Of a stretch of 64,000 nt of DNA, positions 38,401 to 51,158 are shown in pieces. Made by a program: the position numbers and the translations under genes. Origin of the DNA: Selaginella moellendorffii. Taxonomy: Eukaryota > Plantae > Lycopodiophyta. The notes beneath the pieces were generated by a model. The model ran no database searches and had not been told where the DNA came from. It was given only the letters and a program-made list of their open reading frames with translations. Every line of letters begins with the position of its first letter. The first letter of the stretch is position 1. The stretch is from positions 1,392,493-1,456,492 of the forward strand of contig NW_003314277.1 of NCBI RefSeq assembly GCF_000143415.4, read 5' to 3'.

Positions 38401-41400
38401 AGAGGGTCGGGACTCTAACCTAACCTCCGTATATGCATTTACGGACGGCATCACACTAGATGTTTGGCGTGACTCCCCATGCTGGTGCACCAACTTATAT
38501 TTAAAGCGCGCTACAGATCACAACTTAGGAACCTAGTTCCTCCGCACTGCCAAGTCCTCTCACTTGACAAGTTTGTGATCATGCATGGACTCCTCCATGC
38601 TTGGCCCCATGGGCCACCCCTTTGAAGTTGGCTCCTTCAACTAGGGTATTCGTTCCGCCAACTTGCCAATCTCACTTAGCAAGTTATCCGGCCATCGTAA
38701 CATGGTTCATGCATAAGCGTGAAAGTCCTTAACCATCGACTTTCGTTCAAAGCCCTCTCTTTGAACACTTGGGAACTACTTCCCTAACCTTGATAGCCTC
38801 GCCTCTCAGCAAGCTTCAAAACCACGCTTCTGCTACGCCACTCTAATTTCGCGTGCTCTATAAACCATTTACACTTGGACTTCTAGGTACTTATCTACCT
38901 AGGAGGAATGTTCAAGGAACTCTGTTCCTTAGCTTGCTAAGGTTTCTCCTTTCACAAGCTTTCCAATTGCCATATAGTCTAATATAGACAATCCCATGTT
39001 CTAGACTCTCTATGGCATCCCAATCGTTAGTAACAACATGCTTGAGCACTCATTTGATTCTCCACTCCCAACTTGCATAACCACCCTTGGTCATGCTTGT
39101 CAATTCCCATGGTTCGGTTCTATCCCTTTATTACTTGCCTTTTTGGCCTCATTCATTTTTTTCAGTTATTCTCCTGCAGACTAGGAAGATAGCTTTGCAC
39201 TTTCTACCATGCCTTGGCAAGTATTCATAGGGATGAACCTACCTGACAGCCTAGGAGTGGTTCCTCAATCCGGGTTTGCCCACCTTGTAATCCCATACCT
39301 TAGGATTACTGTTACTACTTATGGGCCTTTATATGCCTATCCCTAGCCTTGCCAAAATCCCCTTTTGGTTTTGTCCAATTCGGGTAGACGGACTTCTCCC
39401 GTCTCCACAACCTTGGACATTTGGATAGCATCTATTATCCATCATTCGCTAGGGACTTTGTCCCTTGGTCATTATCCATTGCCCTCATGACACCAAACAC
39501 CACCTTCTAGTGTTCTAGAGTGTTTAGGTGTCCCAATAATGGTTTCTCTGATAATGAGCATTCCCTTTTCGACATTGACTTATTATATTGCAACATAAGC
39601 AATTTATCCCCCATAAGGGTATATCTACCTTTTTTATCCTAATAAGAAGTCTTAAGTAGTTGCCTTCTACCAGTTTAACGAATTATTTTGCACCTTTTGC
39701 TTAGTTGCCTCATAGTTGTCAAGTCCTACAATTCATTGCTGGTGCTTCCACACCTCCATCATTATCTGGGTCACCACACTTTAATCGCATGCCTTCCAGC
39801 ATAGGCTATGCTATTCCCATTTCCATTAGGATTCCTTTGGATGGGGTTCTCATGAACCCGCCAACTTGACCTCAAGGCAGCCCGCCTTGGCACCTTTGGT
39901 GTCTCCACACCATCGGCTCCACGAGCCTACCTTTATGACACTTTTTACTGGTGTCTAGGTCTTTTTGCCAAGACTAATATGGTTGTCTTTTATGCCAATT
40001 ATCCATTAGCATTGCACCATAGTGTTTGCACCTAACTCTGAGCCAAAGTTGCTTTCTTTTGGGAACATCTTTCCCACAACTTTAGCATGGCACATTCTGT
40101 CATCAATGAGATACCTACTGTTCTCATCCTTGGATCTTATGATCCTCCCTATACCTCATGGGGCACCATACACCTCAGTCCAAATGCTTCAACCAATCCC
40201 TTAGGGCCATTCCCTGACTCCACTTGAGTCATCCAGCATTTTAGACTTTGCTAATCTAACGACCTGCGAGGTTTTAGTCTTCGAGGTGCCAACTCGCTGG
40301 AATATAACTTCTTGTATTCAAGTCCTGCTCACTGTAAGCGACTAAATTTTCCATTCTACTTTAGTCACTTAACCACACCTTTGACCACTTGGAGGAGTCT
40401 CATTCACAACCTCCATAAGTCCAATCCAGGACTTGGGACTTGCTAGCCCCGAGAATGGCATCCATGCCACTCAACATTTGCACTTGGTCCAAGTGCTCCA
40501 CGTGTCCGATCCCATGACCGACACTCAAAGGTACCACCGACATAGCAGCCCGTTACGCTAAGGCCATGCCCAATCACCTTTGCCACACTGGTAGTCCAAT
40601 ACCACTTGCATCACAGTCTTGGCTCTCCAAGACTAGGCAAACAATCCGTGAGTGGTCATTTCGGATCCACTCCTTAGCATCCTTAGGATGCCCACCGACA
40701 AGGGGAATAGCCTTCCCCAATATCCCTCTGTCAGTCCCCACTAAGTCCCTTTCTGCCCCTGGCCGTGTTTGCCAACACTGCCACTGGATCGAGACCCACA
40801 GGCCCGACCACTAAGTCCCATGGTCCTCTGGGACTTCCTCACCACATGACTGTGTCCTTGGTCACTACCCCAGAGGACTGCTCCTCTTCCTTTCCACAGT
40901 CTGGGCCTTTGGGACAACATTTCGGAACACCGTGGCCTTACGCGAGCCACCTGGGTACTCTCCTCGCCTTCTGCCCTTGGGTGCTCTAGCCATGGGCTTA
41001 GAGCGGGTTCCGTTGAGCCACACCAGGTATCCAAGTAGGTAGTGCCACCCACACTTGGACTGGGAGCATCGGCCAGTCGATCTCCCGGGGGAACTAGAGC
41101 CGGCTCTTGAACACTTCACCAAGCTACCCCGCTTGTCGGTCTGTGTTCACTCTAGTCTTGGACTTCCCAGTGGGCAGCTCATCACCCAACACTGGGTCCG
41201 GCCTTCCTGGGCCAAACTGGCCTTTCCTGGCCAAACTGGCTCCACTGCAGTCCTCCCCCTTACTATACTTTTGGAGCTCACCAAACCCCCCAGGGTCTGG
41301 GAGACGAACGCTTTGGGCTTTCACCCTCTCAGGCTTCGGACTCGAACTCGGACTCGGACTCGGACTCGGACTCGGATTCGGACTCGGACTCGGGCTCGGG

Positions 41401-43912
41401 CGCGGTCTCGGCCTCGGCCTCGGTCTCGGTCTCGGTCCCGATCTCGGTCTCGGTCTCGGTCTTGGTCTCGGTCCCGGTCTCGGTCTCGGTCCCGGTCTCG
41501 GTCTCGACTTCGGACTCCATCTCGGACTCCATCTCGGACTCCATCTCGGACTCCATCTCGGACTCCATCTCGGGTCCATCTCGGGTCCATCTCGGACTCC
41601 ATCTCGGACTCCATCTCGGGTCCATCTCGGACTCCATCTCGGACTCCATTTCGGGTCCATCTCGGGTCCACCTCGGACTCCATCTCGGACTCCATCTCGG
41701 GTCCATCTCGGACTCCACTTCAGACTCCAACTCGGGTCCATCTCGGGTCCACCTCGGACTCCACTTCGGACTCCATCTCGGACTCCATCTCGGGTCCATC
41801 TCGGACTCCACTTCGGACTCCAACTCGGGTCCATCTCAGACTCCACTTCGGACTCCAACTCGGGTCCATCTCGGACTCCACTTCGGACTCCAACTCGGGT
41901 CCATCTCGGACTCCACTTCGGACTCCAACTCGGGTCCATCTCGGACTCCACTTCGGACTCCAACTCGAGTCCATCTCGGACACTCCCACGTGTCATGTGT
42001 TGGTCCTTTTGGGTCCCTTTTTGGAGCCTCGCCTTTTGCTCGCTTTGTGCTCGTTCCTCGAGCACTTCGTTGGGAGTTCCACTCCCGCTCTTGACTTTTC
42101 AAGTCGGAGCTTTTGGTCCAAACGTGTTACGCTCGTTTGGCTCTCGCTTCGGCCACTACCATGTGGCGCCCTTCCGGCTCCACTTTGGGGCCTAGGGATT
42201 TTGTGTCTCACACTCACAAGGACCATCTTTGCAAGTGTTACTTCGACACTTGATTTGGTCTCTTGGGGTAACCTTTTGCCCCTTAGGACCACTTGTCCAT
42301 GTGATGAGAATACCAACTCATCCTCTGAGTACACCCCCAACTCCTTGGGTTGTTCCAGCATTTATTAGAGGTAGCCCCGGCTACCATTTCAAGGACTTAT
42401 GTCCTCTTCCGTATTTGACCTCCCACGGTCATCAATTCCAGTCTCAAATTTATGAGCACTTGCCTCAATTATGTGAGGATAATCTTATGACTCCTTTATT
42501 ATTTTGGAGTCTCTATCTTTCCCGTGATCCCAACTATAGTTGTTTACCACAACTACCTTAGTCAATTTGATGAGCCAAATGCTCATCCAGATCACATCCT
42601 CAACTCAATGAGGAAAACCTTGCATTGTTCCCAAGATCCCAAAGTTGTTCCATTATTGGCCCTTTTCTATCCACCATGTTGTCTACAAGTTCACACATGA
42701 ACTGTAATGGGGAGCCATGTCTTCCCGACCTGCTACTCCTCAAGGATAGGCCCACTCCTCGGACCTTCCAATGCCAATACCAGTGGTGATATACTTGAGC
42801 ACCAATAAAAGTCGGATTAAGGAACAGCTCTGATACCAAGTTGTAAGCGACTAATTTTTCCATTTTACTTTAGTCACTTAACTGCACCTCCGACCACTTG
42901 CAAGAGTCTCATTCACAACCTCCATAAGTCCCCGTTAGGACTTGGGGCTTGCCAGCCCTAAGAATGGCATCCATGCCACTCAACCTTTGCACTTGGTCCA
43001 AGTGCTCCACGTGTCCGATCCCATGACCGACACCCCAAGGTACCATCGACATACCAACCCATTACGCTAGGCCATGCCCATTCACCTTGGTCACACCGGT
43101 GGTCTAACACCACCTGCATCATAATCCCGTCTCTCAAAGACTGGGCCATCCGTCCATGAACGATCATCCCAGATCTACTCCTTAGCATCCTTAGGATGCC
43201 CGCAGACATGGGGAATAGCCTTCCCCGACAACTCTTTTCCAGTCCCCACCAAGTCCCTTTTAGTCCATGGCCGTGTTCGCCAACATTGCCACTGGATCAA
43301 GGCCCGCATGCCTGACCGCTAAGTCCCACTATCCTTTGGGACTTTCTCACCATGTGACTGTATCCTTAGTCACTGCACTAGAGGATTGCTCCTCTTCCCT
43401 TTCACCGTTTGGGACTTTGGGACAACATTTCGGAACACCGTGGCCTTATGCAAGCCTCATGGGTAATCTCCCCGCCTTTCGCCTTTAGGTGCTCTAGCCA
43501 TGGGCTTAGAGTGAGGTTCCGTTGAGCCACGACAGGTATCCAAGTAGGTAGTGCCACCCACACTTGGACTAGGAGCATCGGCCAGTCGATCTCCCGGGGG
43601 AACTAGAGCCGGCTCTTGAACACTTCACCAAACTACCCTGCTTGTCGGTTTGTGTTCACTCTAGTCTTGGACTTCCCAGTGGGCAGCTCATCACCCAACA
43701 CTGGGTCCGGCCTTCATGGGCCAAACTGGCCTTTCCTGGCCAAACTGGCTCCACTGCAGTCCTCCCCCTACTATACTTTTGGAGCTCACCAAACCCCCCA
43801 GGGTCTGGGAGACGAACGCTTTGGGCTTTCACCCTCTCAGGCTCGATCTCGGACTCGGCCTCGGACTCGGACTCGGCCTCGGCCTCGGCCTCGATCTCGG
43901 TCTCGATCCCGA

Positions 43913-43944
<32 letters not shown>

Positions 43945-44306
43945 CTGGTCTTGGTCTCGGTCCTGGTCTCGACTTCGGACTCCATCTCGGGTCCATCTCG
44001 GACTCCATCTCAAGTCCATCTCAAGTCCATCTTGGACTCCATCTCGGACTCCACCTCGGACTCCATCTCAGGTCCTTCTCGGACTCCATCTCGAGTCCCA
44101 TCTCGGGTCCCTTTTTAGAGCCTTGCTTATTGCTCTCTTTGTGCTTGTTCCTCGAGCACTTTGTTGGGAGTTCCACTCCCGCTCTCGACCTTTCAAGGCG
44201 GAGCTTTTAATCCAAACCTGTTACGCTCGTTTGGCTTTCGCTTCGGCCACTACCACGTGGCGCCCCTCCGGCTCCACTTTGGGGCCTAGGGATTTTGTGT
44301 CTCACA
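35451..44306 (-). mobile_element. Family A element A2 nested in A1 (3' LTR 35451-36904, 5' LTR 42842-44306), TSD CCTCG
   Basis: CCTCG at 35446-35450 and 44307-44311. PBS gctctgatacca before 42842. PPT after 36904. Confidence 0.95.
40333..42212 (-). mobile_element. Family A solo LTR (A3) nested in A2, TSD CTCAC
   Basis: CTCAC at 40328-40332 and 42213-42217. No adjacent PBS or PPT. Flanks rejoin to match A1 internal sequence at ~35230-35245. Confidence 0.95.
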
Positions 44307-47104
44307 CCTCGGTCATCAATTCCGGTCTCAAGTTTATGAGCACCACCCTCCACTATATGAGGGTAATCTTGTGACTCCTTTATTGTTTTGGAGTTTGCAT
44401 CTTTCCCGTGGTCCCAACTATAGTTGTTTACCACAACTACATTAGCCTATTTGCTACGTCAAATGCTCATCTGGATCACATCTTCAACTCTCTGAGGAAA
44501 CCTTCATACTATTCCCAAGATCCCAAAGTCGTTCCCTTACTAGCCCTTTTCCATCCACCACATCATGCACAAGTTCACGCATGAACTCGAGTGGAGAGCC
44601 ATGTCCTCTTGACATGCTACTCCTCGAGGATAGGTCCATACATAGGACTTTCCAATTCCAATACAAGTGGTGATATATTTGGCCATCAATAAGAGTCGGA
44701 CTAAGGAACAGCTCCGATACCAAATTGTAAGCGACTAATTTTTCCATTTTACTTTAATCACTTAACCGCACCTCCAACCACTTGGAGGAGTCTCATTCAC
44801 AACCTCCATAAGTCCCAGTTAGGACTTGGGGCTTGCTAGCCCCGAGAATGGCATCCATGCCACTCAACCTTTGCACTTGGTCCAAGTGCTCCACGTGTCT
44901 AATCCCATGACCGACACCCCAAGGTACCACTGACATATCGGCCCATTACGCTAAGGCCATGCCCATTCACCTTGGTCACACTGGTGGTCTAATGCCATCT
45001 GCATCATAGTCCCATCTCTAAAAAACTAGGCCATCCGTCTGTGAGTGATCATCCTAGATTTACTCCTTAGCATCCTTAGGATGCCCGCAGACATGGGGAA
45101 TAGCCTTCCCCGACAATTCTTTTCCAGTCCCCATTAAGTCCCTTTTTGTCCATGGCCGTGTTCGCTAACACTGCCACTAGATCAAGGCCCGCAGGCTTGA
45201 CCTCTAAGTCCCACTATCCTTTGGGACTTCCTCACCATATAACTATATCCTTGGTCACTGCACTAGAGGACTGCTCCTCTTCCCTTTCACCGTTTAGGAC
45301 TTTGGGACAACATTTCGGAACACCGTGGCCTTATGCAAGCCTCATGGGTACTCTCCCACATTTCACTTTTAGGTGCTTTAGCCATGGGCTTAGAATGAGG
45401 TTCCGTTGAGCCATGCCAAGTATCCAAGTAGGTAGTGCCACCCACACTTGGACTAGGAGCATCGGCTAGTCGATCTCCCAGGGGAACTAGAGCTGGCTCT
45501 TGAACATTTCACCAAGCTACCCCACTTGTCGATCCGTGTTCACTTTAGTCTTGGACTTCCTAGTGGGCAGCTCATCACCCAACACTAGGTACAGCCTTCT
45601 TGGGCCAAATTGGCCTTTCCTGGCCAAACTGGCTTCACTGCAGTCCTCCCCTTTACTATACTTTTGGAGCTCACCAAACCCCCCAGGGTCTGGGAGACGA
45701 ACGCTTTGGGCTTTCACCCTCTCAGACTTGAACTTGGACTCGGACTTAGACTCGGACTTGGACTCAGACTCGGGCTTGGGCTCGAACTCGGGCTCGGACT
45801 CGGCCTCGGTCTCGATCTTAGTCTCGGTCTCGGTCCTGGTCTTGGTCTCGACTTCGGACTCCATCTTGGGTCCATCTCGGACTCCATCTCGGGTCCATCT
45901 CGGACTCCATCTTGGGTCCATCTCGGACTCCATCTCGGACTCCATCTCGGGTCCATCTTGGACTCCATCTCGGACTCCATCTCGGATCCATCTCGGACTC
46001 CATCTTGGGTCCATCTCGGATCCATCTCGGACTCCATCTCGGGTTCATCTCAGACACTTCCACGTGTCATGTGTCGGTCCTCTTGTGTCCCTTTTCTAGA
46101 GACTCACTTAAAATTTCACTTCGTGTTTGTCCTTCGAGCACTTCGTTGGGAGTTCCACTCCCACTTTCTACCTTTTCAAGTCGGAGCTTTTAGTCCAAAC
46201 GTGTTACGCTTGTTTGGCTTTCGCTTCGGCCACTACCACGTGGTGCCCTTTCGGCTCCACTTTGGGGCCTAGGGATTTTGTGTCTCACACCAAGCCCCTA
46301 AGAAGGGGAGAGGACCAATGAGCCACAAGGTACTCAAGTGGGGCACCACTCCACATAAGCCAGGAGCACCACAGTTGATTTCCCTTTTGAAAGTGGGAGT
46401 TATTCTTGAGCACTTCCTTGGGTGGTCCTTCTAACACCACTTAAGTCTATGTTCACTCCCACCCAAAGCCCCTAAACCCCAGTCTCAACCTCAAGTTAGT
46501 TTTAGAGACACCACTAGAGAGTTACTTCAAAACTTTTTTTTAAATCTCACTATCCCTATTATACTTTTGGAACACCTTGCAGCCCCTTCCCCCCCGCCTC
46601 CCCCGGGACTCGACCTCAGACTCAATCTCAGATCCAACCTTAAACTTAGTTTCGGATTTAATCTCGAACCCAATCTCAGACTCAGTTTTGGACTTGATCT
46701 AAGACTCGATCTCGGACCCGAACTTGGATCTTAGACTTGGTCTCAAACTCGGTCTCAAACTCAGTCTTAATGTCAGCCTCGGACTCGATCTCAAACTCAA
46801 TCTCGAAGTCAGTCTTGAACTCAATCTCTAACTCGATTTCATTCGATAAACTCTTTATCATTTTGGTCGTGGTTGCAAGGATCCTTTAGCCTATGACACC
46901 TTGGGGAGCTGGTTCTTTACAGGGTCGCTTAGTGAACATAGTAAACTATCATGTAGTAATATTAAAGGGCTAAACTCAATATGCAAGAGCTTTTGCCAAG
47001 TTAAAAAGAGAATTAAAAGCTAGGCTAAGTATGTTTAACTCAAAATATATAGAAGTTTCTACTTTATGTTTATTTGGCTAAGTGCAAATGCCAAGTTAAG
47101 TTTA

Positions 47105-48223
47105 TGTAAGTTACAAATTTTTCCTTTTCAATTTGCCAATTTACCTTGTCTATCCGACCAACACTACTTTGGCTTTAACTAAGTTCCCTCACCAAGGTTC
47201 CCACCTATTGTACCAACTCTTACTTGGTCCTACTTGGTTTCAGCTACTCACTACACAAACAACGGAGCGTTAACTATCCATCCATGAATTCCCTAATCTC
47301 TCCCAATCCCCCTCCCCGGGTTAGATTGGACTTAAGGTTTGGCTACACTCCTCATAGGCACAAGCAGCTAAGCACATCAAGCTTTCAGGTTCCTAACATC
47401 CCTTGGTCCAACAAGACTTGATCATGGGACCCTCTAAATCCCAAGCCTTGGGTGCAACACTTGCTTTGGATGCCAGGGCAAAACACCGTGGCCTAATGGC
47501 CCGGTATGGGTACCTCTACCCCCCCACTTCCATTCTGAAGGGAAGGCCCAAGCCCCTAAAAAGGGTGAGGACAAATGAGCCGCAAGGTACTCAAGTTGGG
47601 CACCACTCCACATAAGCCGGGAACACCGCAGTTGGTTTCTCTTCTGGGAGTGGGAGTTGCTCTTGAACACTTCCTTGGGTGGCCCCTCCGGCACCACCCG
47701 AGTCCATGCTCACTCCCACCCAAGGCCCTTTGGCCCCAGTTTCAACCTCAAATTAGTTTGGAAGCACCATTGGGGAGTTCCTTCAAAACTGATTCTTGGA
47801 TCTCACTATCCCTACTATACTTTTGGAACCCCTTACAGCCCCCCCCCGGGAGACACATGCTTTGGGCTTTCACCCTTCGACTTGTATTAGTACTTGGACT
47901 CGATTTTGGACTTGATCTCGGACCTGACTTCGGACTCGGTCTCGGACTCGATCTTGGATTTGACCTCGGACCCAATCTCGGACTTGACTTTGGACTCGAC
48001 CTCAGACTCGGTCTCGGACCCGATCTCAGATCTCGGACTTTGTCTCGAACTCAGTCTTGGAGTCAGCCTCGGACTTGATCCCAGACTTTATCTCAAACTC
48101 GGTTTCAAAGTCGGTCTTGGACTCAATTTTAGACTTGGTCCTATCCAATGAACTCTTTATCATTTCGGTCATGCTTTCGGGGATCCTTTAGCCTACAACA
48201 CCTTGAGGAGTTGGTTCTTTACA
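47105..48223 (-). mobile_element. Family B solo LTR
   Basis: TGTAAG...TTACA termini. Flanks GTTTA/ATCTA may be an aged TSD. No PBS or PPT adjacent. Confidence 0.85.
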
Positions 48224-49709
48224 ATCTACTAAGACTTGGACAAAAGGGGCTAACAAAAGGAACTAGTAATATCAATTTTCTACCATTGTGGCAATAAAAA
48301 GAGAGTGTTCATAAGGACTGGCTAACAAATATTTTTTGATATCTAAAGTTATATTCACAATATAAAGAAAAAAAAGTTGGTAAATATGACTAAGAAAGTA
48401 TTGATTGGGCACTCCATTATAATGTGTGATGTTATGATAAGATATAAAGCTCCTATTCAATATTCAATTTTGGTGATGATGTTTCTTGTCCCACTGCTCC
48501 ACAAATCACTCATGAATTTCATTTTTACATGACACAAAAAAAGGAAAAAGAGAGTTATGGAATATTTATCCCACATAATATAATTTAGTATTGTACACTT
48601 ACTCAAATAAAGTTTATGCTATATAGTTAAACCCTTGTTAAATTTGTGGTGATGTCATGTTGTTTAGGATGATGTGGCATTAATCTTCAGTTTGAGGTTT
48701 TATGCCCCATACATATATAGCATACTTTATGACAAACATATTATACACACAATCATGTTTTGATTGCTTCTATAACAATTAAAAAATGATTGTGTGCATA
48801 ATATTTTGCAAGCAATTAAAAAAAAAAATCTACACATGTAAATATATAATACTCCAACACTCAATCACATATTCATTGCCATAAGCAATAGCCTAGCATT
48901 AGAATAGCTGGCAAATGTCATGTAAAACAAAGAACTTAATTAAAAACATTATAAATCAAAATCCAAAGTGAAATAAAGATGGTGGTAAGGCTGGAGTGTC
49001 ACATGGTGGGAAATCATCATCACGCCCTGTTCCCAGCCGGCTCTAAAGGTTCACCAAATCATCCCGAACATGAAGGTTATACACACTTTTCAATACTTAC
49101 TTGCAACAGTCAAGAAATCTTGGAATTGCTACAGCAAGAATCATCCCCATTGCCCGGCAAAAGCCACAATTGGTGATGATCAAGGACAACAGAAAAATTG
49201 TCAAAATCTTTAAGCTTTCACATTTAAAATTTTCTTTGTTTTGCTAAAGGCCTGCCCATTGATCTGATAAGTCACCCTAGCGATGCTTCTCCGACCTCTC
49301 CACAACAAGTGGCAGCCTCACGACACAAAACACAGGATCTCCTCACTCCAAGTTACTCGGGAACACACTCGCTGTTGAAATAAGAGAACCCACTTACACA
49401 GAACACAAAGAACAAACACTCCCTGCTCTAAAGCACAGTCCAAGAAACTTTGGTAAACACAGAATCCCTAACCCTTGATCGCTTGTGCAGTACAGCATTT
49501 AAACATTGTTAACAGCAAGCATTTACAAAACCAGAAGAATCGTCTCCAAAATCCCGGACTGGCAAACTTAGTAGCATCAGCGAATAGTGGTGGTAGTCAC
49601 AAGTTAGACGACATCAAAATCTCTCCCCTATACAGTGAGTTGCCTTCGATCAATCGGTGAGACTTTTTAGCGTGCCTGGATCGATCGATCAGTGAGCCGA
49701 GGCCGTGGA

Positions 49710-50981
49710 TCATAGGTAGTGCTCTGTAAACACGGAGGAGCTGAGCGTTTCAGTGGGACAAAGCGTGGCCGAGGAGAGCAACTCACCTGTGTTGCCGCCG
49801 CCAGCTCCTCCGCCGCCACCCCCGAGCTTGCCGTGCTTCATCTTGGCTAGCTCCACCTGCGTTTGCATGAAGAGCTGCATCCTCTGGAGCTCCAGATCCT
49901 TGGTAAACTCCATGCGCTGCCGCTCCAGATCCATGAGCTGCTGCTGCTTGGCGCTCTCGATCCGCTCGTAAACCTCCCCAAATTTGATGATGGCCCTCGC
50001 CAGATCCTTGAAGCTCCCCTCCACCTTCCGCCTCTTGGACGACGAAGCTCTTCCCTCGTTGGCAGCCGTGGCGTTTCCATTGTTCTCGCAGCTATCGGTC
50101 ATCCCGGCACTAAACTCTCGGCTGGAGGAATCGTTGCTCGTCGCTTGCGCTTGCTGGGCTTGCTGCTGGCGATGGTTCCTCGACTGATCTCTGCTAACTG
50201 GAGTAGCAGTGAGAGCGGCGGCGGCGGCAGCGGCCGGGGCAATGCCGTTGTTTGATGGCGGAGGAGTCGACCTCTTCTTCCCTTTCTTCGATGGACCAAT
50301 GAGTTCGTCCAGCTTCACGAAAAATGGCCACTTACTGGGGCTCCCCTCGCTCGCCAGCCTCGCCTTCTCGATCTTATACTTCTTCTTGAGCGTATCTAGG
50401 CGATTCTTACACTGGACATCGCTCTTGCCACTTCTCCCGCTGGAGCTCTCGTCCAAGCACGACCTCTTGGTCACCTCGTCAGCCACCTCTCGCCAATGCT
50501 TTTGCTTGAGATTCCCCCTGTTGAGATGGAGATACCTCTCCCCCCAAGCGTCAATGAGCGCCAGCGTGGCCCCCTCCGTCCACGCGTCGTCACGGCCGTG
50601 GCCGGGAGTGCCGCCGTCAGCCCTAGCCTTGCTTGCCGGTGGAAGAACCCTAGCCGCCAGTTCTTGTGAATGCTGCTGGGGATGCTGGAGAGGACTCTTG
50701 TGCTGCTGGTGATTCTGGTGATGGAGCGACAGCGATAATCCGCGGCCATTGCCGTGCGGCGCCGGGAATCGATCGAGCGGGGAAGAATGGGGAAGATTAT
50801 GCTGCCCTACCTCTCGATTCGTGGCCGCGGCGATCGCTGGAGGAGGTGCTGGGGCGTGGATTTGCTGCGTGTGAATCTGGTGATGGCCATGGAGCATGAC
50901 ATGATTTTGCTGGTGGGGCTGGTGATGGGGCTGGCGGTGCTGCTGCTGCTTGCCCTGGACTGCGTAGGGCTCCTCGGCCAT
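49710..50981 (-). CDS. Trihelix transcription factor, SIP1/ASIL clade
   Basis: WTEGATLALIDAWGERYLHLNRGNLKQKHWREVA...KSDVQCKNRLDTLKKKYKIEK...WPFFVKLDELIG, plus C-terminal coiled coil LARAIIKFGEVYERIESAK...LELQRMQ. First ATG at 50981. Probable in-frame 63-nt intron 49724-49786. Confidence 0.95.
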   Translation of the reverse strand: MAEEPYAVQGKQQQHRQPHHQPHQQNHVMLHGHHQIHTQQIHAPAPPPAIAAATNREVGQHNLPHSSPLDRFPAPHGNGRGLSLSLHHQNHQQHKSPLQHPQQHSQELAARVLPPASKARADGGTPGHGRDDAWTEGATLALIDAWGERYLHLNRGNLKQKHWREVADEVTKRSCLDESSSGRSGKSDVQCKNRLDTLKKKYKIEKARLASEGSPSKWPFFVKLDELIGPSKKGKKRSTPPPSNNGIAPAAAAAAALTATPVSRDQSRNHRQQQAQQAQATSNDSSSREFSAGMTDSCENNGNATAANEGRASSSKRRKVEGSFKDLARAIIKFGEVYERIESAKQQQLMDLERQRMEFTKDLELQRMQLFMQTQVELAKMKHGKLGGGGGGAGGGNTGELLSSATLCPTETLSSSVFTEHYL

Positions 50982-51158
50982 CGCCACTGCCTCTCTTCTA
51001 TCCTAGGTCGAGAAATGCTTCAGGCGGCCGGAAGGCAGATCTGGCCACTCACAGTATGACGCGTGGCAGCCACGGCTTTTTTCCGGCAACTTGCTCGGTT
51101 TCGATTCTCGGCCACTGGAACGCACGGAATACGTCCGGACGGAAATTAGGGCTTGGCG

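Noticed and set aside
41340-41980. Possible CRISPR-like array
   Set aside because: Units are directly tandem with no unique spacers, inside a eukaryotic LTR.
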